DNA from: the human T2T-CHM13v2.0 reference genome, Homo sapiens
Reading direction: 5' to 3' (one strand)
DNA: 64,000 bases
Assembly (NCBI RefSeq): GCF_009914755.1
Contig: NC_060925.1
The translations under genes were made by a program, and so were the position numbers. Under the pieces are notes generated by a model, which saw nothing but the letters and a program-made list of their open reading frames with translations, made no database searches and was not told the origin of the DNA. Numbering within the stretch: position 1 is the first letter of the stretch; each line of letters starts with the position of its first letter. Shown in pieces: positions 43,791 through 61,554 of the stretch.

Positions 43791-44124
43791 TAGGTCACTA
43801 ATAGTGTCTATCACCATAGTCACTGTTTATATAGATAATGTGATAATTACTTATTTTATGAATAATAATCCTATTATAATATCTTAATATAGTAGGCTCT
43901 TGGTGAATAAGAAATGCAATTGACTTTTTAAAAAAACTTATCCTCACCCATTCACTTCTTTCTTCCCATGAGAACCTCATTTGACTTTCATATAGTAGCC
44001 TTTTCTATGCAGGAAAAGCCTCATGATTCAGGACAAATGTCTCCATTTCTTAGCTCTGAGATAGCCCTCATTATTCTAAGAGTCCTATTCCTCCTTGTCA
44101 GAAATTGGTCAAAGAACATGCAAA

Positions 44125-44900
44125 TGTGTTAGTCAGTTCAGGCTGCTATTGAATATAAAATGTATAGCAGACTGAGTAGCTTATAAACAACAGAAATTTA
44201 TTTCCCACAGTTCAGGAGGCTAGATGTCCAAGATCAGGGTGCCAGTATGGTCAAATTCTGATGAGATCCCTTGCTAAGTTTTGAATGTCACCTCCAAAAC
44301 TCATGTTGAAATTTAATTGCCATTGTAGCAGTGTTGCAAGGTGAAAGCTTCAAAAGATAGTTTAAGTCATAGAGGGCTCTGCCTTTCCTGCATGAATTGA
44401 TGCTGTTATCATGGGAATGAGTTAGTTATCAAGGGAGGGGACTCCTGATAAAAGGATGAGTTTGAACTCCATTTTCTCTGTGTCTTGCATGCTCATTTAC
44501 CCTTCTACTTTCCTCCAAGGGATGACCCTGGCCAGGTGCCAGCTGCATGCTTTTGGACTTTCCAACTCCAGAACCATGAACCAAATAAATCTCTTTTCTT
44601 TATTCATTACCCCAGCTGTGGTATTGGGTTACAGTACCAGAAAACAGACTAAGATAGCTATCTTCCAGGTTGCATCCTGCAGTCTCCTCAGTATATCTTT
44701 ACATGATAAAAAGAGGGTGAGAGAATTCTCTAGAGTTTCCTTTATAATGGCACTAATCCCATTCATGAGGGTTCTACCCTCATGACCTAATTATCTCCCA
44801 AAGGCCCTCTTATATTGTCACATTGGGAGTTAAAATTTTAACTTATGAATTTTTATTTTGGTGGTGGACAGGGTGGGACAAAAACATTCAGTCCATTGCA
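44125..44900 (-). mobile_element. MLT1A/A0 LTR, split by MSTD
   Basis: tgtgttagtcagttcaggctgctat...ttataaacaacagaaatttatttcccacagttc; resumes ggcactaatcccattcatgagggttctaccctcatgacctaat...aacattcagtccattgca. Confidence 0.85.
44272..44656 (+). mobile_element. MSTD-like LTR
   Basis: ttgaatgtcacctccaaaactcatgttgaaatttaattgcc...ttggactttccaactccagaaccatgaaccaaataaat...aacagactaagata. Confidence 0.85.
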
Positions 44901-45809
44901 ACAAGTGACCCAATTCCAGCTCCCTGAAACAAAACCTAGAAAAATGTTTGGTGGAAGATTCTAGAAAATTTTTCTTTCTTTTCACTTGATATATTTGTAT
45001 ATTAACAGGAGAGAACATGGATTCAATTGCTACTAGCTATAATCCAATCATCTAGGTGTCTGTAAGTAGGGATATAGAAAGAACCTGGGTTTTTAACAAT
45101 ACTGTTGCGATATTAGATCAACCAACCCTGAGACCTATTCTCCATTTGGACTTCATATTATTTGAGCCATTGACTTTTGTTACTGTTAAACTAATTTGAG
45201 TCATATTTTGTGATCTCTATAGCCAAAAGCATCCTAAGTGCCATAAGATATCTGTTTTTTGTTATCAAATTTCTTACAAGGTAGAATTTTATAGATTTTT
45301 GACCCTCATATGTTGCTTTTTGCCATAGGTAATAATTTGCAGGGAAACTCATGTTAATGTTATTCCACTAGACTAAATCACCCTCCCCACCAATTTGGCT
45401 GATTTATTCAGGCCCCAGGTAAGGTCTTTTAAACTTCGGGTTTACATTTTTCATAGCAATGAGAATTTATGATACTGCACTAATAGATTTGCTGCTTAAC
45501 TACAATTGCTAGTGGTTTCATAAATGCATCCTTATCTTTTCACACTTTTGAGAACTGTATTTGAGAATAAAATTATACTAATCAAGTAATGCATTGATGA
45601 CTATCCAAGGATGCTGTAATTTTACTCCAAAATGCACTGTTGATGTTTTGTCCATCATATTTGGTGTGTGATCAGATATTAAATAGATTAAAATATAGAC
45701 TAAACACATAGTTCATGTCTTTTAAACTAGGCCCATGAAAACTACCCCATGAATCTGTAAAATTTAAGAAAATGCATAATTAAGTGTAACTTAAAATTGT
45801 TGGTTTTTT

Positions 45810-46310
45810 TTCAGTAATAACAAAATATCTGGCATGAGGTAGCCCAGGATTGATTCAACAGGTGAAAACTGTCAGCATGCTGAGTCAGGTTATCAGTGAT
45901 TCTCTGGGCTTTTCTTCATAGTCTGAACATGACTGCCACAGTTCCACATGACTTTCTCAACTTATACAATTCAAAGTCAGAAGCAACAGAGAGCACAAGT
46001 CTTTTTTGTATTCCTCTTTCTTTTCTTTCTTTTTTTTCTTTTTTTTTTTTTTTGACTGTGGCTTCCTTCTGGACCTCTTTCTTTTTTATCAGAAAGGAAC
46101 TTATTCCCCTAGAAAATCAGGGCATACTACCCCTCCCATCTTATGGCAAATGCAAACCAAGCACTGACAAAGTGTTATGGGATTATTATGACTGGCTAGC
46201 CCTCTTTTCTTTGTTATATTGATAGTCAATATCTGAACAAAATTGGGACTTCATTAATAAATAAGAAGAGGGTACAGCCTGAACATAGGCAACCAAAAAT
46301 ATCTTCCCCT
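45810..46310 (-). mobile_element. Old MLT1 LTR
   Basis: catgactgccacagttcca...gggattattatgactggc...ctgaacaaaattggg...ataggcaacc. Confidence 0.5.
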
Positions 46311-47034
46311 TACCTTCCCTATATGAGATGTAATTTCATCCTGTTTCTCCTAAACAACTCTACTCCCTCCAAAATTGAATCAACCACTTATCACTTTGGA
46401 AAATTAAAGTTGTTTTCACCTACTTCAGAAGACAAGTAGGTTGACAGTGCAAACCGAGAAGGATGGGAAGGACTAGTCTGCAAATCAGTGTCATTCACCT
46501 ATGCATAATAGAAAAGGTGACCCAATCTGGTGTATTCAACACCTGGCAACTTAACAGATAGCACGTTTCCTAAAATAATGACATTTCAGCATAAAAAATC
46601 ACAAATGACATAATCTCAAAATAAAAGGTAGTTCTCATGAAGAGTACAGCTGTAAACCTACACTGATAATGCATAGACAGACGTAGATAGGTAGGTCAAT
46701 TTTTTTTGCTACATTTGAATTTCCCTCTGGACCAAGACTGGTCCTCAGATTAACAGTGTAAGTGAGCTAAGTACACATTAGAAGTAATATCTAAACAAAC
46801 TGAGGCATTGGATAGCAATATTTAGAAAAAATACAAATCCCTTTGTGCAGTCAATTTCCCATCATTTTTTCTCTAAATTTCATCATCAGTCACAGATTAA
46901 AATAATCCAACTTTACTAGTCCCATCTTTCTAAGTATCTTTAATTTATTCATTTATTTAGTCTATTGGCACAAATTGAGCATGTATTGCGTGTAACCACA
47001 GTGATAGATGCTTTAGGAACATAGTGAAGTAACG

Positions 47035-47552
47035 CAGGGGTCCTCAACCTCTGGGCCACAGATTGTTGGCAGAACCAGGATGCACAGTAGGAGATGAGCA
47101 GCAGGCAAGTGAGTGACAATTCATCTGTATTTACAGCTGCTCCTCATCACTCTCATTACCACCTAAGCTCCTCCTCCTGTCAGATCAGAGGCCGCATTAG
47201 ATTCTCACAGGAACACAAATCCTATTGTGAACTGTGCATGCGAGGGATCTAGGTTGCATGCTCCTTATGAGAACTTAATGTGATGATCTGTCACTGTCTC
47301 CTTTACCCCCAAATGGGACCATCTAGTTGCAGGAAAAGAAGCTCAGGGCTCCCACTGATTCTACATTATGGTGAATTGTATAACTATTTCATCATATAAT
47401 GCAATGTAGTAATAATAATAGAAATAAAGTTCACGATAAATGTAATGTGCTTGACATCCTGAAACCATCTCCCCCGTTGCCCTCCACCAGTCGGTGGAAA
47501 AATTGTCTTCCATAAAACTGGTCTCTGGTGCCAAAAAGGTTGGGGACCACTG
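47035..47552 (+). mobile_element. MER1A (hAT-Charlie)
   Basis: caggggtcctcaacc...cattagattctcacagg...gagggatctaggttgc...ggtgccaaaaaggttggggaccactg. Confidence 0.92.
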
Positions 47553-48117
47553 ATGTATAGAACCAGGTCCATTCTGTCAATACTCTCCCCATTCCCTAGT
47601 TCTGTTCATCAAGTTCCCAAGGTATTAAAATGTCTTGCTTAAAACTTATCAAATAAAATGAGAATATTTTTGTCTTATTTTTCCTTTTTAAGTTCTTTGT
47701 GTTACCTACTGTGTGCATTTCTCTCTGTTATAACAATGCCTATCTTCTTTACCACATTTGGAAGAAGTTGCCTTTAATTTTTTTTTTAACTTATAGGATT
47801 AGCTTTACAATCAGGCGTATCCTCTTGTTATTTGCTTTCATAGTGCTTTCTCCTTCATAGAATTTACTGCAAGAATAGGCGAATTATGGCTTGATGTCTA
47901 TTTTTCCTGCTAGCCTACAATCTGTATTAAGGCATAGTCAGAACCAGCCAGTGCACCATCATATCCCCAGTACAAAGAGCAGTTTCTTAAACATTGTTAG
48001 AACCCAGTCGGGTTTTCTGAGGGAATAAATGAATGAATTCATAACCCAATTCAGCGTTATCTTCATTTTTCACTGTCAGTGGTTGGTTTATACCAAAGCA
48101 ACAAATATCCATTGAGC

Positions 48118-48186
48118 AAAGGTTGAATGAGCACATGCTACGTGTCAGGTATAAAGGTTGAATGAGCACATGCTATGTGTCAGGTA
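48118..48186. repeat. 35-bp tandem duplication (2 copies, one C/T difference at a CpG)
   Basis: aaaggttgaatgagcacatgcta(c/t)gtgtcaggta twice. Confidence 0.9.
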
Positions 48187-48677
48187 ATGGAGAGTTAAAG
48201 CTTAGGCTCTCAAGGAGCTTACGGTACAGTGAAACTTACTTGACTACATTTGAAAAGTTTAATCTGATTTATAAAACCAGTAAAAATGGTGCCTAGCCAT
48301 TCATCCGTATCACTCTCCAGACATTATTTTTCTTTCAGTATTTTAAACAAACTTGAACATAAGGAAATTGCTTTAAATCCAAGCTATATAATCTGAACTA
48401 CAAAAATAATGATCACAGTTACATGGATTTCTTTCCACTCAAATAGTGGGATTCATAAGAATTGTTAAATACTATTTTTATTTTGGAAATGTGGTATTTT
48501 TTCATATTTTTCTCCAGCTGTCTGACCCATGCTTCAAGTGCCATCTCTTATAAGAAGTCTTCAGTGATTCCTCTAGCTAAACGTAATCCTACCTACTGCA
48601 TAGAATTGTTAGGAAGAGTAAAGAACAAATTTATGTGAGTGCACTTTCTGAACTGTAAATATTAAACAACCATTAGT

Positions 48678-49170
48678 TTATTCATTCTTTATTTCAACCA
48701 ATTTTGATTTTCCACTATGTATCAGCATTCATTTTTCCAGACACTGGACATACACTAATCAAGAAAAAGACAAAAAATCTCTCATGAAGTTTACATTATA
48801 GTGAAAGAAACCAACAATTAAAAATGTAAGTAAAATGTATTATGTGTAGAGCTAAATGCTTAGGAGAATAAAACAGAAAAAAGTGATATGAGATAAGCAT
48901 ATGTGGTTGAAATTTATATAGGACGATTGGGAAAGGTCTCATTGAGAAAGTGATTTTTGATTAACAATCAGTAAGTAAGAAGGTGAGCTCTATGGGGATC
49001 TGGCAAAGAAGAACTCCGGGCAAAGGAAAAAGAAAATACAAAATTCTCTAAACAGGACTTGTGTTTGGAATATTGGAGGAACAGTGAGTAGGTGTGTGGC
49101 TAGAGTAAATGAGTGAGGGGTAACAAATAGAGAACGAGGTCAAGAGATCAGATACGTAGATTATATAAGG
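48678..49170 (-). mobile_element. L2 3' end
   Basis: ttcattctttatttcaacca...ctcatgaagtttacattatagtg...gggaaaggtctcattgagaaagtgatttttga. Confidence 0.7.
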
Positions 49171-49849
49171 ACTCAGTTATCAAATACTCCAATCAATCGG
49201 TTATTAGCAATTAGTTTTTATAATTAACAATAAATATTTCCCTACTTGAGCACTCAAAGTGCACTTTAATGGTACCTCCTTAATGGTGCTTATCATTCTC
49301 TTTCTGGCATTCATGGCTATTCTTTTCTATCAGATCATAAGATTAAATCTTACTTATCATTTTGTACCTTTCAACATTACACTGAACAAATTGCTGCCCA
49401 CAAAGTTATGAGACTAAAACCCGAATCACTTAATTGACCTTTACTGGTGTTTTTATCATAGAAAAATGGCCATAAACATGGCTCACTCTCACATCAGCCA
49501 AAGAAGGATTCACTGAAATTTTACAAGTTTTATTTAGTCACCGTCCAAACACCTGATGATTGACCCTATGTAGATATGTACTTTTCTAAATTTTGTTTGA
49601 GACTATTAATGTTCTCTACAAGTTGCCTAGATGGTCCATATTCATTCAGTAAGTCAGCAAATGCAATTCAATGACTACCACATGCCAAGCATTATGAGGA
49701 TACAGTGGTCAATATGATAGACATTATCTCTGTTCTCTAAAACTTACACTCCAGTGGGGAAAACATTCAATTTTGTAGTTGTAATGCTTCTGATATAAAA
49801 GTGAATGTTTTTGCTTCTAGACTAAATTAACATTTAACTATGAAAGTTA

Positions 49850-50100
49850 ATGGTAAATAACAACTACCATTTACAGAGCTTTTATGTGCGCCAAGCATGT
49901 GTGAAATACTTTATAGGTATTGCTCTATTTAATATTCATACAATCTAGAGAAGTAGATATCATTCCTATTTTCTAAATGAAAACACTGGGGCACTGATAG
50001 TTTTAAAATTTTGTTTCTGAAATACAGACAGTGTTTTGCAGAACTGAGATTTCAACCTAAATCTGCCTAACTTCAATGTCTTATTCTTAACCTCATAGAC
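49850..50100 (-). mobile_element. MIR
   Basis: cattcctattttctaaatgaaaacactggggcactga...gcagaactgagatttcaacctaaatctgcctaac. Confidence 0.7.
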
Positions 50101-50509
50101 TGTGTTTCTAACCAGTTACCTCTTTAGTGTATTATATGAAGTTTTGTATATATTAATTACTTTAGTATGGCAAAATGTCAGGAAGAAGTAGGGGTTAATT
50201 TTGGGCTTCCCGTAACAGTTTTCTCATCATGTCTGAGCACTGTAAATGTCCTAAAATATCCAAGTTATCAGATGTTACTTCATGTGATATTGAAAATTAG
50301 TGTGTGAGTGACCGTAAGGAGAGCAGTAAGAGTATAAGTAGGATTCAGGACAACTCAAAGATAGCCCAAGCATATTAATTCTTAGTGAAGGTAATACCTA
50401 ATTATTCTAATTAGTTGTTATTTCGAGGATTTTTTGTATATGTCTTCACAAACACTTCATTGTTGCTTGAGCTAATTTTAAGAATGCAATTTAAGATACC
50501 ATGTCATAA

Positions 50510-51153
50510 TGAAGCAGCATCATTGTCTGGGGTAAATACCCAAGGTTCATTGTCCTCCTCCAAGAAGATTAAGAACACAAACACACATGAGGAGTGAATT
50601 TAGGAGCAGAGGTTTCATAGGCAAATGAAAGAGAAAGGAGAGCACCTCGCTCTCTCTCTTGTGAGAGAGGGGAATCCAAAAGGGAAAAGCTGGCCTGCAG
50701 CGGACGGTAGCAGATTTTGTAGGCAGGCTTGAGGAGGTGGTGTCTGATTTACATAGGGCTCACAGATTGGTTTGACAGATGTGACATTTACATAGCATGT
50801 GGGGAAGGCTGGTTGCCCCACCCTAATCTTATTAAGCAAATAGTCTTTCCACTTGGCCAGCGCCATCTTGTCTGATCCTTACTGTACACGTGGCTGGCCA
50901 AGAGAAGAGAAGATGGAGCGGCCATTTTGATCATGCCTAGTCCCAGGTAACCTTTTCCTATTGGCACAACTGCCAACATTCACCTGTGCAAACTTCCAAC
51001 TTGCTCGTCTATTTCTGCAGCTTGATTTTACAGGCTGCTCTCTGTTAGAAAAGAAAATGATTTGGGGGCTGCTTTTCATTAAAAGGAAGGCCTTACCGAG
51101 GATTCCTTAACCTCACTATCTGCCTAAATAATTCCTTTTTAACTCCTATATCA
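50510..51153 (-). mobile_element. LTR9-family solo LTR (ERV1)
   Basis: Reverse complement starts TGATATAGGAGTTAAAAAGGAATTATTTAGGCAGATAGTGAGG. Perfect 4-bp TSD ATAA at 50506-50509 and 51154-51157. Confidence 0.85.
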
Positions 51154-52310
51154 ATAATTTGACAACATATCTTTTTTGAGAACTCCAAAAGATGCAGTGT
51201 GCTCCTCTGTCCCATAAAGTAGGCAGAGAACTGACAAAAGCTTTAAAGGAATTGCTTTTATGTCAGAGCTTTATGAGAGAGTTAATAACAATTTCTCTGA
51301 TAGATAATTTGTCCCATGTACTGTAAAACAATCATAATCTAGACTTTACTGTCCAGGCTAAGAACAGGACTAGAACCTATTGTCATAATCTCTGAAACAT
51401 ATAGTCATTTTCTGATATGAGCATTATCCACAAGTGCATATTTGCATGCTCTTCTTAAGAGCTTTAAGATACCCTGAGCTTTGTGAGTTATATAGAAAAC
51501 TGCTGCTTGGATTATTAGACAGAGGTGATTTTCAACACCAACTAGCAAGGACTTAGACATCTCCTCTCCTTTATGAAAAAATTCTTGATTATCCCACTGT
51601 TGAACTCATAAAATATTTCCAGTTGATGTATTCATTCGGAACTAGTCATGCTCTGCCATAAATTCTTACTATATTTTTATATGTATAACCCACATGTAAG
51701 TTGATCATTCTCATAGGCAGATTTTTCTCACCCATTCAGAAGCTGGTAGGTAGTCTTTGGAGGCCTCATTGTTGCAATAAGATTCTAAACACAATTAGCA
51801 TTTTCTCACTTTAGTCTTTTTTGCAAAGATTTGATAAGTTACAGGGCAGAATCACATTTTGGCATTTGATTCCCTTAATCTCAGTACGTGATTTTCCAAA
51901 CTTTCTCATTCCTTGTGATTTCTTCTCTAGTTCTACACCAAATAGTGTCCAGTATCCTAGCCTCTACCCTTTTCTTTGATTTTCTCTTTATGGCAATTGT
52001 CAGCACTACCACTGCCCACTTGATTTTGCAGAATAATGTATCCAGTATCACCTTCTACCCTCAATTATCACACTCATGTCCATTTTAGTCCTCCGAAAAT
52101 ATGACAATAATAATAAGCAATTTCCGCTACAATGAATGATCACATCCTAGGAAACAATGAGAGTTACAAACAATTCTAAAAGATTTTTGTATATTTTACC
52201 CCCCTTGCTGGTTTGAACATCCTTCAAGGGATTGCTTTGTAATTGTCTATGTCAGTTAAAGTTTTTTGCACTAGGCACTCTAATATATGTTGTTTGGTTT
52301 ATTTCCCCAG

Positions 52311-52587
52311 AATATATCAGCTGTGAAAATAAGTGAAAGAAAGATTTTCTTATCTCCAACATTTCTGGGAAGGGGTGTGTCTGTGGATTTTATGTTACTG
52401 GAAAGAGACAATCCAGTAGTCCACTTTGTCAGGAGTGTTTCAAACAACATCTGTGAACCCACTGGACTTCAAGCTCCTACAGGCTAGAGATTTGGTCTAT
52501 TTCATCTGCATTGTGAAAGGTCCTGGAGACTGAGAATCAGGAATTACTAGACTATAATGGATGAGATTTATAAAAAATAAGATGAAG
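52311..52587 (+). other. Candidate exon (non-coding or pseudogenic)
   Basis: Branch-like ctctaat, tgtttggtttatttccccag| acceptor, AAG|GTAAGC donor. All three frames contain stops. Confidence 0.4.
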
Positions 52588-54421
52588 GTAAGCAGCTGTG
52601 CACAGCTGCTCTGCTATATTGGGAGGAAACTAGAACAAAGACACAAAACAAGAGTTGCAAGGGTATATGTACATGTTCTGCCTGTGTTTAAGAGCCTATC
52701 TATGTTGCATTTTGAGTTATCTTGCTGGAGGATAAGTTTGCAAGTTTGAGGCAAAAAGGCTTTGTGCTCTTGTGGTAAGATCATCAGGGAACAGCTCTCT
52801 GGAGGTGGTGCAGTGCATAAGAGAGAAACTGGCTAGCGGTGGAAATAATACACTCCTTGGAAAAAGTAAAAGGAAAATGTAAAATGGAGTCTACCTTCTG
52901 GATGCAAAGAAATTCTCATCATCACGTGATAGCAAGGTACCATATATTTGCATCAACTATATGGATTATTGAATAAGTTGTATTATGTGGCTAGGATATT
53001 TTTACCTTCTTTCTATTCTCTAAGACACCCAAATATCTAAGCCAGTCACTGCCAAGTTAGGTAGTCTTGCTATTATAATTTATATTTTTTATTGCACTTA
53101 AAGTGTTTTGCTCATAGTATGTGCTCATTAAATGGGTCAAACGACATTTTATACAATTAATCACGTATTCAGTAGAAGTAAAACGTGAAAACAGAACTTT
53201 AAAAGGCTTAAGTTTTACAATTTTATAGAAATCAGCTAATGTTCTATAATTTAAAGAAAATAGGCATATTATTGAACACAGAAACAACATAATAGTGAAA
53301 GCATAAATAAAAAGGAATATTTACTTAAATCATTTTGATGTAGATTACAGTTACAAAGATATTTGAACATACATTATGGCTAATATAAGCAGGCAATTCC
53401 ATCTTAAATTAAGAAATTTTTAATGTAATAGCTCTTCTACCTTTATAAAGTTTCTATTTCTAGGAAAGTAACCTAATCTATTTAAATTTAATGTTAACAT
53501 AGCTTGAAGATCTTAAATTAACCAGATGTGTACTTTAGAGAAACAGGAATACATCTAGACATATTTAGATATACACAATCCCTAAAGGTTAAATACCATG
53601 GTGAGAGCTTCCTGGTTCTCTTAGATATGCGCTTAACATCGTAAAATAACCTGTTGGATTTTAGAAGATAGTGTCAACATTCTGATCCAGTATCTACTTA
53701 TGTAATAAAAGTAAATCACTTCCACAGGTTTAATACTGCAAATAAATTGCATTCATAATGATTTTCATATTATCTATTCATTCTCAAAACTTTTCAGATT
53801 CTTACTTATTTTTAAGTGCTTTGTATTATATAGAGAAACTACTATAGGGAAAAAGACACTTCATTTTTATTTGAAATCAAATATCAAGCTTAAAACAAAA
53901 ATGACTGACTGAACTGTATTTAATTTTATTTTCTTATGCAGGAAAAAATATACTAAATAAGTCAAGCTCAGATATACTGGTCTATGGCATTTTCAAGCCG
54001 TGAAACTAAAAAAAAAATAAGTAAAACAATGTTATTGAGTTGAAAATTACACAATGTGAACTCTCAGTGTGTGATGACAAGAATAAGGTTATCAAAAACC
54101 TTTTGGCTGTACCTATGTAATGCCGAATTCCTGTATGAATCTTAAAACATTTCTTTAACTCAAGTGGGGTAAGGTTAGTTTATTGATATGGTTTAAATCT
54201 TAGAGAATATCAGAGATTCTCAGCTCTGTGAACTTTTCTTGAAAGAAATGAGAAGGAGCTGGACGATGGGATAGTGGGGATATATAATGAGTTGACAAAA
54301 CTTCAACACGTTTTCCTTTTACTACTATAAGGTATCATGAAACTTAACTAAAAACTGATTTTCTATGGCAAAAAATTTATATCTATATTGATACCTAATT
54401 TTCATGTATTTTTTGCCACAG

Positions 54422-54469
54422 ATAGAAAATATGGTGACAACAAAATTTTGACCATTTATAAATAATAAG
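54422..54469 (+). other. Candidate 48-nt exon (non-coding or pseudogenic)
   Basis: cctaat branch, tattttttgccacag| acceptor, perfect AAG|GTAAGT donor. Stops in all frames. Confidence 0.4.
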
Positions 54470-55824
54470 GTAAGTCCTCTGCATTTCAAGCTTATATAAT
54501 TCTGTATTTCAAATTTTCATTGTTATAGAGATTAAATAAATGAAATATGTTTGTCTATCAGACAAGGAACAGTTAAATGATGATTGGTACATGGTTTGGT
54601 AGTATGAAAACAGGAATTCTGAACATGAACTAGTTTAACATTTTGGGAAGGAAAGGTACTATCAAATTTTCGTAAATGTATAGTTTTTGTATTGTCAATA
54701 ATATTTCTAAAAAACATATGCTATAAAAGTGTTACACAAGAATGCAAAGACATATGTACAAAAATATTCATTGCAAAAATTGTTGCAATAGTGAAAAATT
54801 TAGGATCCATCTAATAATCATTAATAGGAAAGGGGTAACATGCACGATAGTACATCATGCAATAAGATTCTATGAAGCCTATAGAAAGAAGGGATGATTA
54901 GTAAATTGGTACTAAAATAGAAGGATATTTCACAATATATTCAATAAAAAGCAAGTTATAAGGCAGTTATATATAATAAGAATACATTTCTGGGAGATAA
55001 AACCACTAATATAACTATGTTTCTATACACTGAATAAATTTAGAGAAGTATTCGATATTAATAACTGCAGTTATTTCAGGTATATGAATTATACAGAGCT
55101 TTTATATTTCACAACATAAAATGTCTATATTGCTTTGGATCTTAACAATAAGAATATATTACCTCTATGTTCAGAAAATATAAAAAATATAAAAACTGTC
55201 AGAGAAATAATTAGGTAATTTTTGTTCCTTTCTTGAACAATGCTATAATGCTACTAGTTTTTTTATTACGTAATTTCTAGTTTATTGAATTATCTTGTAT
55301 GTGTTTATCAGAAAGTTTAAAAAGAGCTGAATTTGCTTGGCTTTCAGTTTTTTAGGTCTCAGTGTTAATTGTTAACTGAACAGTCAGAACACCTTTCATG
55401 ATTCAACTTGTTTATGCATTTTGTGTTTACAATATGAAGAGATTTCAATCAAGTAATTACCATTAATGCTAACCATGAGTGTGCCCTACGATAAAAAGTA
55501 ACAAATTTTGCATCTAGCTGATGGAAATAACTACTATTTAAAAGAGATTTTTGCTTACACTGAAACCTGAAAATATATTAGGGTCATTAAGAAAACAACC
55601 AAAAATATGTTTTTGTTTGTTTCACTTAAAAGCTATTGGTAGTAAAGTTACCATTATGCCTGTGTAACAGCATCACGGTGGCAAGGCTTATTTCCACTGC
55701 CATCTCTTAAAATACCATGCTTGACAGAAAGGTAATATACAAAATGCTACTTAACCTAGCTAACTTCAACATTTCTACACCAAAAAAAAAAAATCACCTC
55801 AAAAATTGTAATGTAAACAGATGT

Positions 55825-56700
55825 TCGTCTACTTCCAAAATATGGCAGGCTAAATACCATGAAAATAGCTCTAGGACAAAACACCTGGAAATGCTGGGGA
55901 AAAAATAACAAACTACATTTTTTATTGTTTTGTGAACAGTGAACTTCCAAAAAAGAAGGGAAATGTTTGGAGACCAAAATTAAGAGAAGCCACAATGGTA
56001 AGAAACATTAAGTTTACAATTCTGCTAAAGGAATTTGTCCATTTTCATAATCTAGAACTTGCCTACAAAGTGGTAGCTGAACAAGATCCTAGACGTCTAA
56101 CCTAAGAAAGGTGGGAGGTAACTGAGATCTCTACTTAAATGTGAGATCCTTGAAGGGTTACATCTTCACTAAATGGTTTATTTAGAAAATATCTACCCTC
56201 TTGAAAATACAGATTATAAGACACTTGTCTGCTTCAATCTTGATTCTAGGTGGGGAAGAAAGTCGTTCTAAGGATTAATAATCACAGGTGTGTCCTTTTC
56301 AGCCCTCGGGGTTTGTCTCAGTCATCTGGGAAGTCCACAGCTTAAGTTGAAACAGTTTAGGTAGTTAGCTCCCTGAAGCACCTAGAAGAAACAAATAAAA
56401 ATCCTCATTGGAAAGAAACAACCAAGGGTTTATGTAATTTCCCCAGATAAAATCTAACCCAAAATCCAAGAAAACATACCAGCATAAGCAAAACTAAGGA
56501 GAAAATAAATTAGTACCTCAAATTAGATCCCATGGAATTCAGATAATAAAATTATCAGATACAGCATGAAATATGCTATATACAGCATATACAATTCACT
56601 CCTGTATCTGAAGGAGTGAATCAAAAATATAGGGAAGGAACATGATGCTTTCAGAAAAGATTAGAAAAAATTGGCATATAACTTCTTGAAAAAAAATCAA
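55825..56700 (+). mobile_element. Old L1ME/HAL1 5'-region remnant
   Basis: acttccaaaatatggcaggctaa...aacacctggaaatgctgg 5'-end-like motif and A-rich continuation. Confidence 0.4.
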
Positions 56701-56705
56701 AAAAT

Positions 56706-61100
<4,395 letters not shown>

Positions 61101-61554
61101 TTAAGAGCATGCAATTTCTTAATATAATAACACAATTTTAGAATTAGGAAAACTTTTGCTTGCTTTAACTACATAATATCCATTTTAGAATGAAAAAAAA
61201 GCATTTAAAATTTTTGTATACCTATAAAACCACCTAGAGATGGCAGAGACTTTTTCAGAATGTTTGTATACGGTAATGTGTTGGTGAAGTTATCTACATT
61301 GTTTTTAAAGATATATTTCATTCTTGACTAGCCTTTTTACTCAGTTTTTATCTAAGGTAAACTTTCTGTTGGAGTACTGGCATGATAAATTTAGTCTGAA
61401 TTTCTTGTGAGACAGAATTGCTAATTTGTTATAACACTACACAGAACAAGGTCTTGTGAAATAGCAATCTGTTTTTAAAAGACTTGTGGTGTGAGAAAAA
61501 TTTTAAAAACTATTATGAATTTGCATCATGCTTAAAAATTAATAGTACAAAAAG

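Larger units (their letters stand above)
43990..45245 (+). mobile_element. Old MLT1 (K/L-like) LTR, split by nested LTRs
   Basis: aattggtcaaagaacatgcaa | caagtgacccaattc continuity. 3' end agccaaaagcatcctaagtg. Confidence 0.55.

Noticed and set aside
43313-48186. Short direct repeats (24 bp and 35 bp) as a CRISPR-like array
   Set aside because: Each has only two adjacent copies and no spacers, in a eukaryotic context. They are simple tandem duplications.
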